Part shown: positions 37,350 through 45,852 of the stretch, in pieces
Position numbering within the stretch: position 1 is the first letter of the stretch
Layout of the letters: every line of letters begins with the position of its first letter
From: Bacteroidota bacterium
Lineage (GTDB): Bacteria > Bacteroidota > Bacteroidia > Chitinophagales > BACL12
Length of the DNA: 64,000 nt
Assembly: GCA_016124275.1 (NCBI GenBank)
Contig: WGOA01000045.1
Coordinates: forward strand, 35,055 to 99,054
Direction of reading: 5' to 3'
The notes under the pieces: generated by a model
Told to the model about the DNA's origin: nothing
Database searches by the model: none
The model's input: only the letters and a program-made list of their open reading frames with translations
Translations under genes and position numbers: made by a program

Positions 37350-38689
37350 GCGTTTTGAGCAGGTTCGTCGGAATAGTACTCCAGGCCGAGGTGCGTAATC
37401 AGCGTTTCACCCATGAGGTGCCGCAGGGTGTTCATCAGTTTTTCGCGCTGAATGAATACGTCGTGCTGGGCGTAGAGTCCAGGGGCAGTTTGGGGCGATT
37501 TAAAGTAAAACGATAGCCATTCCTGAACGCCTGACATGCCTGCCCGGGCGGCGAGATCCAGGAAAAGCGCCAGGTCCAGCACCAGCGGCGCGGCCAGAAT
37601 GGAATCGCGGCACAGAAAGTCGATCTTGATTTGCATGGGGTACCCCAGCCAGCCCGTGATGTCAATGTTGTCCCAGCCTTCTTTGTTGTCGCCCCGGGGC
37701 GGGTAATATTCGATGCGCACTTTGTGGTACAATTCGCCGTAGAGTTCCGGATGCCGTTCCGGCTCCAAAATCTGCTCCAGAACCCCGAGTTTGCTCACTT
37801 CCTTGCTGCGAAAATTGTCCGGATCGTCCAATACTTCTCCGTCGCGGTTGCCCAGAATATTGGTGGAAAACCACCCGCTGATGCCCAAACTGCGGGCTTT
37901 CAGGCCCGGCGCAACGATAGTCTTCATCAGGGTTTGGCCGGTTTTGAAATCTTTACCAGCCAGGGGCGCCCCCGTTTTCCTGGCCAATTCCACCAGCGCA
38001 GGCACATCGCAAGAAAGGTTTGGCGCTCCGTTGGCGTAAGGAATGCCCAGGCGCAAAGCCGCATACGCGTAAAGCATGCCGGGCGGCAAATCCGGGTGAT
38101 CCTGGTCAATGGCGCGTTCGAGCGCTTCCAGCGATTCGTGCACAGCCCCTGGAGGAAGGTAGCGTTCTGTGGATCCACACCAAATCATGACCAGACGGTC
38201 GCAACCCTCGCGTTGCTTGAACTGGCGCATATCTTCCATGAGCGCTTCCACCAGTGCGCGTTTGCTGGTTGATGGCTTGACGTTCGGACCGCTGATCCGG
38301 CTCACAAAACCGGGGTCAAAAACGGCAGGCATCGGGCGAATGGCTTCCAGGTCTTCGCGCACCGATTCCAGTAAATCCGGGCTCAGTACCCCGGCTTTGC
38401 GGGCGGCTTGGTAGCAATTGTCTTCGTAGATGTCCCAACCCCCAAAAACCAGGTCCTGTACCGCGCTCAGCGGAACAAAATCGCGCAAAAACGGGTTTCG
38501 GTGTTCCGTCCGCTGCCCGAGCCGAATGCTTCCCATTTGGGTCAGGGAGCCAATGGGCAAGGCAAGCCCTTTGCGCACAGCCAAAACTCCTGCAATGAAC
38601 GTGGTAGCGACAGCGCCCATTCCGGGCAGCAAAATGCCGAGTTTACCCGTTGCCGGACGCAGGGAAGCAGGGGAGGGAGGATTGCTCAT
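37346..38689 (-). CDS. ino1: myo-inositol-1-phosphate synthase (inositol-3-phosphate synthase)
   Basis: About 447 aa. 'GKLGILLPGMGAVATTFIAG' is the Rossmann N-terminus, and 'PYANGAPN', 'GKDFKTGQTLMKT' and 'SKEVSK' blocks are typical of bacterial/archaeal MIPS. The start is set at Met 38689 (MSNPPSPASLRP...). Confidence 0.8.
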   Translation of the reverse strand: MSNPPSPASLRPATGKLGILLPGMGAVATTFIAGVLAVRKGLALPIGSLTQMGSIRLGQRTEHRNPFLRDFVPLSAVQDLVFGGWDIYEDNCYQAARKAGVLSPDLLESVREDLEAIRPMPAVFDPGFVSRISGPNVKPSTSKRALVEALMEDMRQFKQREGCDRLVMIWCGSTERYLPPGAVHESLEALERAIDQDHPDLPPGMLYAYAALRLGIPYANGAPNLSCDVPALVELARKTGAPLAGKDFKTGQTLMKTIVAPGLKARSLGISGWFSTNILGNRDGEVLDDPDNFRSKEVSKLGVLEQILEPERHPELYGELYHKVRIEYYPPRGDNKEGWDNIDITGWLGYPMQIKIDFLCRDSILAAPLVLDLALFLDLAARAGMSGVQEWLSFYFKSPQTAPGLYAQHDVFIQREKLMNTLRHLMGETLITHLGLEYYSDEPAQNA

Positions 38690-38690
38690 A

Positions 38691-38716
38691 AGGTATATGC
38701 AACAGGTATAGGCAAC
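38691..38716. repeat. 13-bp tandem duplication abutting the MIPS start codon
   Basis: The plus strand reads aggtatatgcaac|aggtataggcaac (12/13 identical). On the coding (minus) strand this is GTTGCCTATACCT GTTGCATATACCT, followed by one T and then ATG. Confidence 0.85.
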
Positions 38717-38836
38717 GATAGAGCGCCAAGGGTTCCAAGAGTTCCGGGGAACAAACCGCACCGGTCAGCCCAGCTCCAATTCACTAAACCGCTTGCAAAA
38801 GTACGCCTGCTAAATCCGAATAGCCTGTTCCGCCAA

Positions 38837-38929
38837 GGAAAGGACCGCCTTGTGGAAAACTGCCAGCAGCGACAAGGCAGCAGAAGCACAGCCCACGGGG
38901 AAGGACCCCGTCGTGGAAAACTGCCAGCA
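38837..38929. repeat. two 32-bp direct repeats (28/32 identical), period 61 bp
   Basis: GGAAAGGACCGCCTTGTGGAAAACTGCCAGCA (38837..38868) and GGGAAGGACCCCGTCGTGGAAAACTGCCAGCA (38898..38929). Both lie in the 260-bp spacer between the CDP-alcohol transferase and MIPS genes. Confidence 0.85.
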
Positions 38930-38949
38930 TCCACCAGGTTAGGAAACGA

Positions 38950-39615
38950 TCAACTGCCGGTTTTCCGCAAGGTCTGATAGCCCCGGTACAACCGCTGAAA
39001 GGCGGTGAATCCGGCCCCCGAAACAACGATCCAGAGGGCGGGTTCCAGGATGCGTTGCCACAAGAGAGCATCGCCCTTCGCCCGAAATCCTAAAAGGCCG
39101 CAAACCAGGGCCGCCAGGCTGATCAGCACCAGGCGTTCCGGGCGTTGAAACAGGCCAAAGCTGCCGGTTTGTCCAAGGCCTTCTGTGCGTGCGCGGGTGT
39201 AAGAAACCATGATGGAAAAAACCATAGCCAGGTAAGCAGCGAGCAAGGTACGGGGTTGGTCAAGGCTGTAGGCTGCCCATCCGATGCCCATAAACATGAC
39301 CAGCTCTGCGTAGCGGTCCAACACGGAGTCAAGAAGGGCACCTGCCGGACTGGCTGCCCCGCTGACTCGCGCAACCCGGCCATCCAGGATGTCAAAAAAA
39401 CCGCCGAGGAGCACCAGGCCGCCAAACTGGGCGAGTCCTGCATAAGCGGCCGGAAAGCCTTTGCCAGCTGCATGGATCAGGCACCAGGCCGCCCAGCCAT
39501 TGGCCAGCAATCCCAACAGCGTCAGCACATCGGGGGTTACGCGCAGCGCGATAAGCAGGCGGATGAGCGGCTGACTAAGGCGGTACAACAAATCCTGGAA
39601 CAAGTCCTTTAGCAT
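38950..39615 (-). CDS. CDP-alcohol phosphatidyltransferase (probable phosphatidylinositol-phosphate synthase)
   Basis: 'FFDILDGRVARVSGAASPAGALLDSVLDRYAE' is the D(x)2DG(x)2AR...G(x)3D(x)3D signature. The protein is multi-TM. The start is set at Met 39615 (MLKDLFQDLL...). Confidence 0.8.
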   Translation of the reverse strand: MLKDLFQDLLYRLSQPLIRLLIALRVTPDVLTLLGLLANGWAAWCLIHAAGKGFPAAYAGLAQFGGLVLLGGFFDILDGRVARVSGAASPAGALLDSVLDRYAELVMFMGIGWAAYSLDQPRTLLAAYLAMVFSIMVSYTRARTEGLGQTGSFGLFQRPERLVLISLAALVCGLLGFRAKGDALLWQRILEPALWIVVSGAGFTAFQRLYRGYQTLRKTGS

Positions 39616-39762
39616 GGCTGAAAGAAACGGCGGCTCACAAAAGGAAAGCGGCAAAGCTAGTCGAATAAAAAAAATCCCGGCCAAACACCCGGGGTTTTAT
39701 AAACCTCGATGAAAACGATTAGGGACCTCCGCACGGTCTGGAATATCCTCTGTTCCTTAAAG

Positions 39763-39782
39763 TTATCCACTTGTTATCCACT
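39763..39782. promoter_or_regulatory. two tandem DnaA-box sequences, 11-bp spacing
   Basis: agTTATCCACTtgTTATCCACTgg. Each copy matches 8/9 of the TTATCCACA consensus, with a perfect TTATCCAC core. They lie in the 447-bp divergent intergenic region. Confidence 0.5.
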
Positions 39783-40062
39783 GGTGGTTGACGCGTAGGT
39801 TATCTTGGGGGAAGGGCTGCACGGCTTCGCGCAGCGCCTGAGGTCCATTCTGGCTCCGGCGAGCAAGGCCCCGGATGGCGAAACTGTTAGGTTTAAAAAA
39901 GCTGGTGGTGTTTGTCCGGGAAGACAATGAACGGGAGCGATGCTCCCGGATATGGAAAAGAACGGATGGACAAGATAGGACGAATATCCAGGCGGTACAA
40001 CGGTGGAACGGGCGGATTAATCGCGTATCTTCGTAGACTTTCGATCAAAAAACTCGCTGCGG

Positions 40063-40629
40063 ATGCCTACCCCCTTCGCCTTACGGATGCTGCTGTTGCT
40101 GCTGCTGGCTTGTCCTGTTTTGAATGCCCAGATTGATGGTGCGGTGCGCCGCAATCTTGTCGCCAACATGGAGCAGGATGCCGGTATGTACCTGTTGATC
40201 AAGGATGCCTCCGGGCGCCTGGTACCGGGTAATTTGTCGGCCAAAGAAAAGCCCGGTCACATTACCATCTCCGGGTTTACCCAAACCTCAGAAGCCGCAC
40301 AGGAAGGCAAAGCGGTAAGCCTGGGGCAGGTCCGGATTACCAAGTCGGTTGGCGAGTCCACTGCCGTGCTTTTAGAAGCCCTGAGCGAAGGGCAGGTTTT
40401 AAAGCAGGTTGATGTCCTGGTGTATAAAAAGAAGTCAGACGGCACCGAGATTGAAGAGTTCCGACTCAAATTGGAGGACGTTACGGTGGTTTCCGTACAG
40501 ACGCGCTTTAAAGCGGGCAACAGCCGCATTCCAAACTCTACGCTGGTAGAAGAGGAGGTGGTTTTGGACTACCGCGCGATCACATGGTTGCTGGATGATG
40601 GCACCTCTTCGTTTCGCGCTGAACAATGA
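40063..40629 (+). CDS. Hcp (type VI secretion tube protein)-like protein with predicted N-terminal signal peptide
   Basis: Residues 36-188 follow the Hcp/PF05638 pattern by eye: GMYLLIKDASG..., HITISGFTQ, VRITKSVGESTAVLLEALSEGQVLKQVDVLVYKK, FRLKLEDVTVVSVQ, EEVVLDYRAITW. Residues 1-23 (MPTPFALRMLLLLLLACPVLNAQ) look like a Sec signal. An alternative start is Met36 at 40168. Confidence 0.6.
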   Translation: MPTPFALRMLLLLLLACPVLNAQIDGAVRRNLVANMEQDAGMYLLIKDASGRLVPGNLSAKEKPGHITISGFTQTSEAAQEGKAVSLGQVRITKSVGESTAVLLEALSEGQVLKQVDVLVYKKKSDGTEIEEFRLKLEDVTVVSVQTRFKAGNSRIPNSTLVEEEVVLDYRAITWLLDDGTSSFRAEQ

Positions 40630-40818
40630 TGGGCCCTGGCCATCATTGAACTATGTATAGCCAGGGTTTTTAGTGCGTTTTGAAACGCAGCATTTAACCT
40701 GGTCATCGTTTTGGATTTTCGCTTGGGCAATATCCCGGCAGGTTTTGCGATATTATGAGTAACTTCCGCGCTGCCGTCGATTTTACACGTTCCGGGTATA
40801 TTCCCGATTGATAAAGCC

Positions 40819-41673
40819 TTGCCTCCACCGTCTATGGTTCGATTGGTCTGTCTCCTGTCAGGTATGCTGCTATTAGCGTCTGCACAGGGTAATACACATG
40901 CTTCCGCTAACCAAGCGAAGGCAGCCGGCCCCGTTTCGGGTGCTGCTGCTTCCTTAAATCGGCCCCAGGCACCTGCCAATACCCCTCTTTTGGTAGCGAA
41001 TGGTCCGGAGACCGAAGACAACAACCGGGGTTTGCTCGCAGCGGTCTCCAAAGCTGCCGAAGTTCGGTTAAGCCAGGAGTATGTGCGTTTTGCGGAGCGC
41101 CAAAGCCTGCCTGATCGCGATGTGTTTATCCTGGCCATGACGGGTTTTGAACAACTGCAACGCCAGGGCAAACTGCTCAACGAGCGCTACCTGACCGTGG
41201 TTGATTTTCGCTTGCCCTCCACCCGCGAAAGAATGTGGGTGTTGGACATGGTTGAGCGCAAAGTGGTGTTTAAAACCCTGGTTGCGCACGGCGTCAATTC
41301 CGGTGAGCTCTATGCTACGGAGTTCTCCGATCGCCCGCAGAGTTTTCAAAGCAGTCCCGGTTTTTACCTGGCCAGCGAGTCTTACATCGGCAAGCACGGC
41401 TTGTCCCTGCGCCTGGATGGTTTGGAGCCCGGCATCAATGGCAATGCCCGCGATCGCGCCATTGTTTTGCACGGCGCAGATTACGTAAGCCAGGAGTTTA
41501 TCCGCGACAATGGTCGTTTGGGCCGCAGCCAGGGATGCCCATCCGTGCCCGTAGAATTGAGCCAGCCCATCATTGAAACCATTCAAGGGCAAAGCTGCTT
41601 TTTCATCCTCCAGCCCGGTCAGCAGTACCTGCAGAAGTCGCAACTGGTTCGCCAGTCTATGCTCGAAGGGTAA
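40819..41673 (+). CDS. L,D-transpeptidase catalytic-domain family protein (YkuD_2 type), secreted
   Basis: Signal peptide MVRLVCLLSGMLLLASAQG. 'LTVVDFRLPSTRERMWVLDM....VFKTLVAHGVNSG......FSDRPQSFQSSPGFYL..ESYIGKHGLSLRLDGLEPGINGNARDRAIVLHGADYV......GRLGRSQGCPSVP' matches the YkuD_2 family, including the catalytic SxGC. Confidence 0.8.
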   Translation: MPPPSMVRLVCLLSGMLLLASAQGNTHASANQAKAAGPVSGAAASLNRPQAPANTPLLVANGPETEDNNRGLLAAVSKAAEVRLSQEYVRFAERQSLPDRDVFILAMTGFEQLQRQGKLLNERYLTVVDFRLPSTRERMWVLDMVERKVVFKTLVAHGVNSGELYATEFSDRPQSFQSSPGFYLASESYIGKHGLSLRLDGLEPGINGNARDRAIVLHGADYVSQEFIRDNGRLGRSQGCPSVPVELSQPIIETIQGQSCFFILQPGQQYLQKSQLVRQSMLEG

Positions 41674-41749
41674 AAGCTCCGTTTGCAAGCGCCAAACTTG
41701 TTGCGATAATCCTCGCTGGCTTTGGCCTGAAGCCCTTAACTTTCCGGGT

Positions 41750-42379
41750 GTGAATGCACCGCCCATCTTTCAACAAGCGCTTCGCTTTTCCAATTCCCGC
41801 TCCCAACTGGTCCCTTTGGGATTGCAGCATGTTTCGGGCTTATTGCCCTTTGCCCTGGATCCTGATCTTTGGCGCTTTGGGCGCGCAGACCTTCGTACCG
41901 AAGAAGATTTAATCGAATACGTTGATTTTGCTATAGCAGAACGCCGCGCTGCCGTATCCTATGCTTTTGCCATTGTCGATGCCTCCACCGGTGCCGTGGT
42001 CGGATGTACCCGATTTTGCGCATTTTCCTGGGAAAATGACCGTCTGGAAATAGGGTTTACCTGGTTGGGTAAGCCTTATCAGCGCAGTGGTATAAACCGG
42101 GCGGTTAAATATGAGTTGCTGCGCTATGCGTTTGAGCACTTGCACATAGAGCGCGTTGAATTCAAAACGGACAGCCGGAACCAAGCGTCGCGAACAGCCC
42201 TGCTCGCTATCGGCGCTTCGGAAGAAGGCACGTTGCGGAGCCACATGGTTAACGCAGACCACTACCGACGTGATTCCGTATACTTTTCCATCTTAAAGGT
42301 GGAATGGCCTGCGCTCAAGGAGCGGGTGTTCGCTGAATACGCTGCGGTTGCTCAGGAAGCCCGACAACCTTCCCTATGA
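41750..42379 (+). CDS. GNAT family N-acetyltransferase (RimJ/RimL-like)
   Basis: 'RLEIGFTWLGKPYQRSGINRAVKYELLRYAFEHLHIERVEFKTDSRNQASRTALLAIGASEEGTLRSHM' is the Acetyltransf_3 core. I propose the in-frame GTG start at 41750. The track start at 41573 overlaps the upstream gene by 100 nt. Confidence 0.75.
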   Translation: MNAPPIFQQALRFSNSRSQLVPLGLQHVSGLLPFALDPDLWRFGRADLRTEEDLIEYVDFAIAERRAAVSYAFAIVDASTGAVVGCTRFCAFSWENDRLEIGFTWLGKPYQRSGINRAVKYELLRYAFEHLHIERVEFKTDSRNQASRTALLAIGASEEGTLRSHMVNADHYRRDSVYFSILKVEWPALKERVFAEYAAVAQEARQPSL

Positions 42380-42398
42380 AAACTTATGGAGCATTGGA

Positions 42399-44006
42399 TC
42401 AGGCCTGAGCATTCTCCGCCTGTTCCGTCTTGAATTCCGAGTTGGTGTGGAAGCGCAGTTCCGGATAATTCTCCTGCGAAACATTTAAGATCCAGGCGGA
42501 CTCGGCAAAAAAGACCCAGTTGCCATCCTTGTCCGTGGCCACATGATCGCTTTTGTAGCGAAGAAATTCCTGCAGCTTAACGGGATTGTTTGTGGTAATC
42601 CAGCAAGCTTTGTAATAAGGGAGGTGGTGGAAGGTACTCCGCGCACCATATTCGTGCTCCAGCCGGTAGCGAATCACATCAAACTGCAATTCTCCGACCG
42701 TGCCCACAATTTTCTTGCTGCCGGGCTCTTTGATAAACAACTGCGCGACCCCTTCTTCGGTCAGCTGCCGAATGCCTTTATCCAATTGCTTGGACTTCAT
42801 CGGATCGTTGTTGACCACTTCGCGGAAAATCTCCGGCGAGAAGCTCGGGATGCCGCGGTACGTGAAGGCTTCGCCTTCTGAAAGCGTATCGCCGATTTTA
42901 AAGATCCCCGTATCGTAAAGCCCGATGACATCACCGGGCCAGGCCTCTTCAATCACCTCTTTGGAGCGGGCCATGAAGGAGTAGGGGTTCGAAAAACGGA
43001 CCTGCTTGTGCAGCCGGGTGTGTTGATAAAAAGTGTTGCGCTCAAACTTGCCTGAACAGACCCTCAAAAAGGCAATGCGGTCTCTGTGTTTGGGATCGAT
43101 GTTGGCGTGAATCTTGAACACAAAACCACTGAACATTTGTTCATTCGGTTTTACGTCGCGCAGATCGGTGGGGCGGGGCTGGGGTGGGGGAGCAATGCGC
43201 ACAAAGGCCTCCAGCATTTCCTGCACCCCGAAATTGTTGACGGCACTGCCAAAGAAAACCGGGGCAATCTCACCGCGGTGATAGGCCTCAATATCCAGTT
43301 TGTCGTAAACGCCGTTGATTAATTCGGCATCCTCGCGCAGGGCGTTGGCGGCTGAACCCAACTGCTCCTCCAACCGGGGATCATCCAGTCCTTCAATGGT
43401 CAGGACATCTTCTGTTCGCCGCACGCCTCCCGGACGAAACATGAGCAAATGGTGCTGGTCCAGGTCGTAAACGCCCTGAAAGGTCTTTCCCATGCCTACC
43501 GGCCAGGTCATCGGGCGCAGACTTATGTGCAGCTTTTCTTCCAATTCATCCAACAAGTCGAAGGGGTCGCGGCCGTCGCGATCCAGCTTGTTGATAAAGA
43601 TGATCACCGGGGTAGCGCGCATCCGGCAAACCTTCATCAGCCGTTCGGTTTGTTCCTCAACCCCCTTAACGCAGTCGATGACCAGCACGACGCTGTCCAC
43701 CGCAGTAAGCGTGCGGTAGGTGTCTTCGGCAAAGTCTTTGTGCCCGGGCGTGTCCAGCAGGTTGATCAACAGTCCCGAATACTCAAAACTCATCACCGAC
43801 GTTGCCACCGAAATACCGCGCTGCCGCTCAATTTCCATGAAGTCGGACGTGGCGCTCTTGCGGATCTTGTTGCTTTTAACGGCACCTGCCGTTTGAATAG
43901 CCCCACCAAAAAGCAAAAACTTCTCCGTCAGCGTGGTTTTGCCGGCATCCGGGTGCGAAATGATCGCAAAGGTTCGCCGTTTGGCGATTTCTTCAGGTAA
44001 ACTCAT
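42399..44006 (-). CDS. prfC: peptide chain release factor 3
   Basis: [44 protein letters not shown]... is the canonical PrfC N-terminus with G1-G4 GTPase motifs. The start is set at Met 44006. The track's 65-aa extension has no support. Confidence 0.95.
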   Translation of the reverse strand: MSLPEEIAKRRTFAIISHPDAGKTTLTEKFLLFGGAIQTAGAVKSNKIRKSATSDFMEIERQRGISVATSVMSFEYSGLLINLLDTPGHKDFAEDTYRTLTAVDSVVLVIDCVKGVEEQTERLMKVCRMRATPVIIFINKLDRDGRDPFDLLDELEEKLHISLRPMTWPVGMGKTFQGVYDLDQHHLLMFRPGGVRRTEDVLTIEGLDDPRLEEQLGSAANALREDAELINGVYDKLDIEAYHRGEIAPVFFGSAVNNFGVQEMLEAFVRIAPPPQPRPTDLRDVKPNEQMFSGFVFKIHANIDPKHRDRIAFLRVCSGKFERNTFYQHTRLHKQVRFSNPYSFMARSKEVIEEAWPGDVIGLYDTGIFKIGDTLSEGEAFTYRGIPSFSPEIFREVVNNDPMKSKQLDKGIRQLTEEGVAQLFIKEPGSKKIVGTVGELQFDVIRYRLEHEYGARSTFHHLPYYKACWITTNNPVKLQEFLRYKSDHVATDKDGNWVFFAESAWILNVSQENYPELRFHTNSEFKTEQAENAQA

Positions 44007-44223
44007 CAGGCCGACAAAGTTAAGCCCACAAGGGCCTAAAACCTCATTTGGCTTGCGAGGGAGGGCAGTGCTGTGCGCCCATGCAGGCAGCAGCGGTCCA
44101 AGGGCTTGCCGAGGTGAACAAAAGTGCGCTTGGGGGGGGCTTAGGCCACCAAAAGTGACGAATCGCTGCACGCTCGTTTGGGCGAAAGGGTTTTGCGGCA
44201 TTTTTCGGCTACTTTGGCATGCC

Positions 44224-45702
44224 GTGAATTATCTCCCCGAAAGCCGGATTGAGCGGGAACTCAACAAGCTGCTTCCCGTGACGGTGCCGTACAACCTGCG
44301 CCGCCATTTTCCTTTTAAAGAACTGGGTCAGCGCCGGTTGGAGCTGCTCCTGTTTGCCCTTTTTCGGCGAGGACTGGAATCCGGTGCCTTCAAAAAGGAG
44401 TTTGACCACCTGAACATCAGCCACCCCGTAGAAGGACTGGGCAGAATAGGCTTGCTGCAATACCGCAAGCAGGCTGCCGGTGCGGTGCTTTGTATGCAAC
44501 AGGAGACTCCCCTGAATCCCGGCGATTTGATGCGGCATCTTTTGCTGTTTACCGAATTTTCAGCGCAGCACAGCCTGTTCAAAGCAACGCCAGCTCCGCG
44601 CATTTTTCTGGTTGTTCCCGGTGGTGTGGACGCAGCGGTGCAGGCGCTGACGCAGGATTGGCCGGCCGGGCTGGACAACCGGGAGCGGCCTTCTGTTTCA
44701 GCTATGGAGGATGGTGTAGCAAAAGGCGCGGAAGATCCTGGAGGTACCGAAAAGGGCAAGAGCCAGCCTGCAACCCCGCTTGTGCTTACTGCGCTGGATC
44801 GCGACCGGTTAAGGGCGCTTGATATTGAATGGCTGCTGCCCGTTGATCTGGACCCCATGCTGGTGGCAGAGCCGGACATCAAAAGCCTTTTTTTTGCCGT
44901 TGAAATGGTGGCTCCAGAGCAATCGCTCCGGCGTATTTTGGGTGAATTCCGGGTAGAAGAGCTGGGTGCGCCCGACATGGCTGCGCTCCTGGCCAAGATC
45001 AGCGCTAACGCAGGTCCGAGCATGAACGCTGTGGGGCTCATTCGGTTTTTTGGCTATCCGCGCGAATTTTTGCGCCAGTTGGTTAAGGACAAGGCGCTCC
45101 GGGAAATCATGATTAAAGGGGCCGAGTTCAAAGCGGAGCTGGATTACGCTGTGCTGGACTTTTTGCACCGAAAATGCCAGATGATTGGCAAAGTGTTGCT
45201 GGCCGCAGCGCCTGTTTCGCCCAATTCACCGGCCATGCAGGCAGTGGTACCCTATGTGTTTTCGAGGATGGTTATTAAATACCTAAAGAATACAAATTCT
45301 AAAGTATTGCAGGAAATTGCCCGTAGTGGCGCAAGGCGCGATTTCTACGAAGATGCCAACCTGGACCTGATTCGGGCTGATTTGCTGGCGCTGGCGGTTG
45401 ACCTGGCTGAGCAGGAGTCCGATGCTTTTCTGGCCGAAGACCTGCAGGAGCGCGCAAGGTTGGAAGCGCTCCGTCAGGCAGCACTAGAGCAACCAGATCC
45501 AGTTGTGCTTGCCCGGCAGTTTGCGGAAGACTGGGAAGCACTGCAACCCAGCGTCCGGTCTATGGAGAAGAAACTGCTGTCTTTTTTGCCCCGCGATCCG
45601 GTTCTGTTGCTGGACGATTTTGGATCGCTGAATGATGATAAGGGCAAAGCCAGCCGCTTGTTGGAGGGTTTTAAGAAGCGCTTCCAAAAGCCGGAACCCT
45701 AA
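44224..45702 (+). CDS. hypothetical protein (~492 aa), no family recognised
   Basis: Long ORF with protein-like composition. I propose the GTG start at 44224 ([17 protein letters not shown]...). The track start at 43933 overlaps the prfC 5' end. An N-terminal globular region is followed by an acidic/Gly linker ([20 protein letters not shown]) and an alpha-helical C-terminal half. Confidence 0.55.
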   Translation: MNYLPESRIERELNKLLPVTVPYNLRRHFPFKELGQRRLELLLFALFRRGLESGAFKKEFDHLNISHPVEGLGRIGLLQYRKQAAGAVLCMQQETPLNPGDLMRHLLLFTEFSAQHSLFKATPAPRIFLVVPGGVDAAVQALTQDWPAGLDNRERPSVSAMEDGVAKGAEDPGGTEKGKSQPATPLVLTALDRDRLRALDIEWLLPVDLDPMLVAEPDIKSLFFAVEMVAPEQSLRRILGEFRVEELGAPDMAALLAKISANAGPSMNAVGLIRFFGYPREFLRQLVKDKALREIMIKGAEFKAELDYAVLDFLHRKCQMIGKVLLAAAPVSPNSPAMQAVVPYVFSRMVIKYLKNTNSKVLQEIARSGARRDFYEDANLDLIRADLLALAVDLAEQESDAFLAEDLQERARLEALRQAALEQPDPVVLARQFAEDWEALQPSVRSMEKKLLSFLPRDPVLLLDDFGSLNDDKGKASRLLEGFKKRFQKPEP

Positions 45703-45707
45703 GGCTG

Positions 45708-45734
45708 GAAAGTTGCGCTATTCCCAACTTTTTT
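45708..45734 (+). terminator. weak rho-independent terminator candidate
   Basis: AAAGTTG-cgctattcc-CAACTTT followed by TTT: an A/T-rich 7-bp stem beginning 6 nt after the stop of 44224..45702. Confidence 0.3.
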
Positions 45735-45852
45735 AAGTGCGATTCGTATGGGTAGCAGAGCAATTTGGTTGCTCCAGCATACGCAAATCCTTACTTTCGC
45801 GGCGCTGTTGCTAAAGAACCGGAAACTCTTCGCCCGAGTTAATTTTTTTCCC

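Noticed and set aside
39932-39948. CGGGAGC-gat-GCTCCCG hairpin upstream of the Hcp-like gene as a regulatory RNA element.
   Set aside because: It is a short isolated 7-bp stem with a 3-nt loop and has no flanking conserved-looking structure. I cannot distinguish it from chance.
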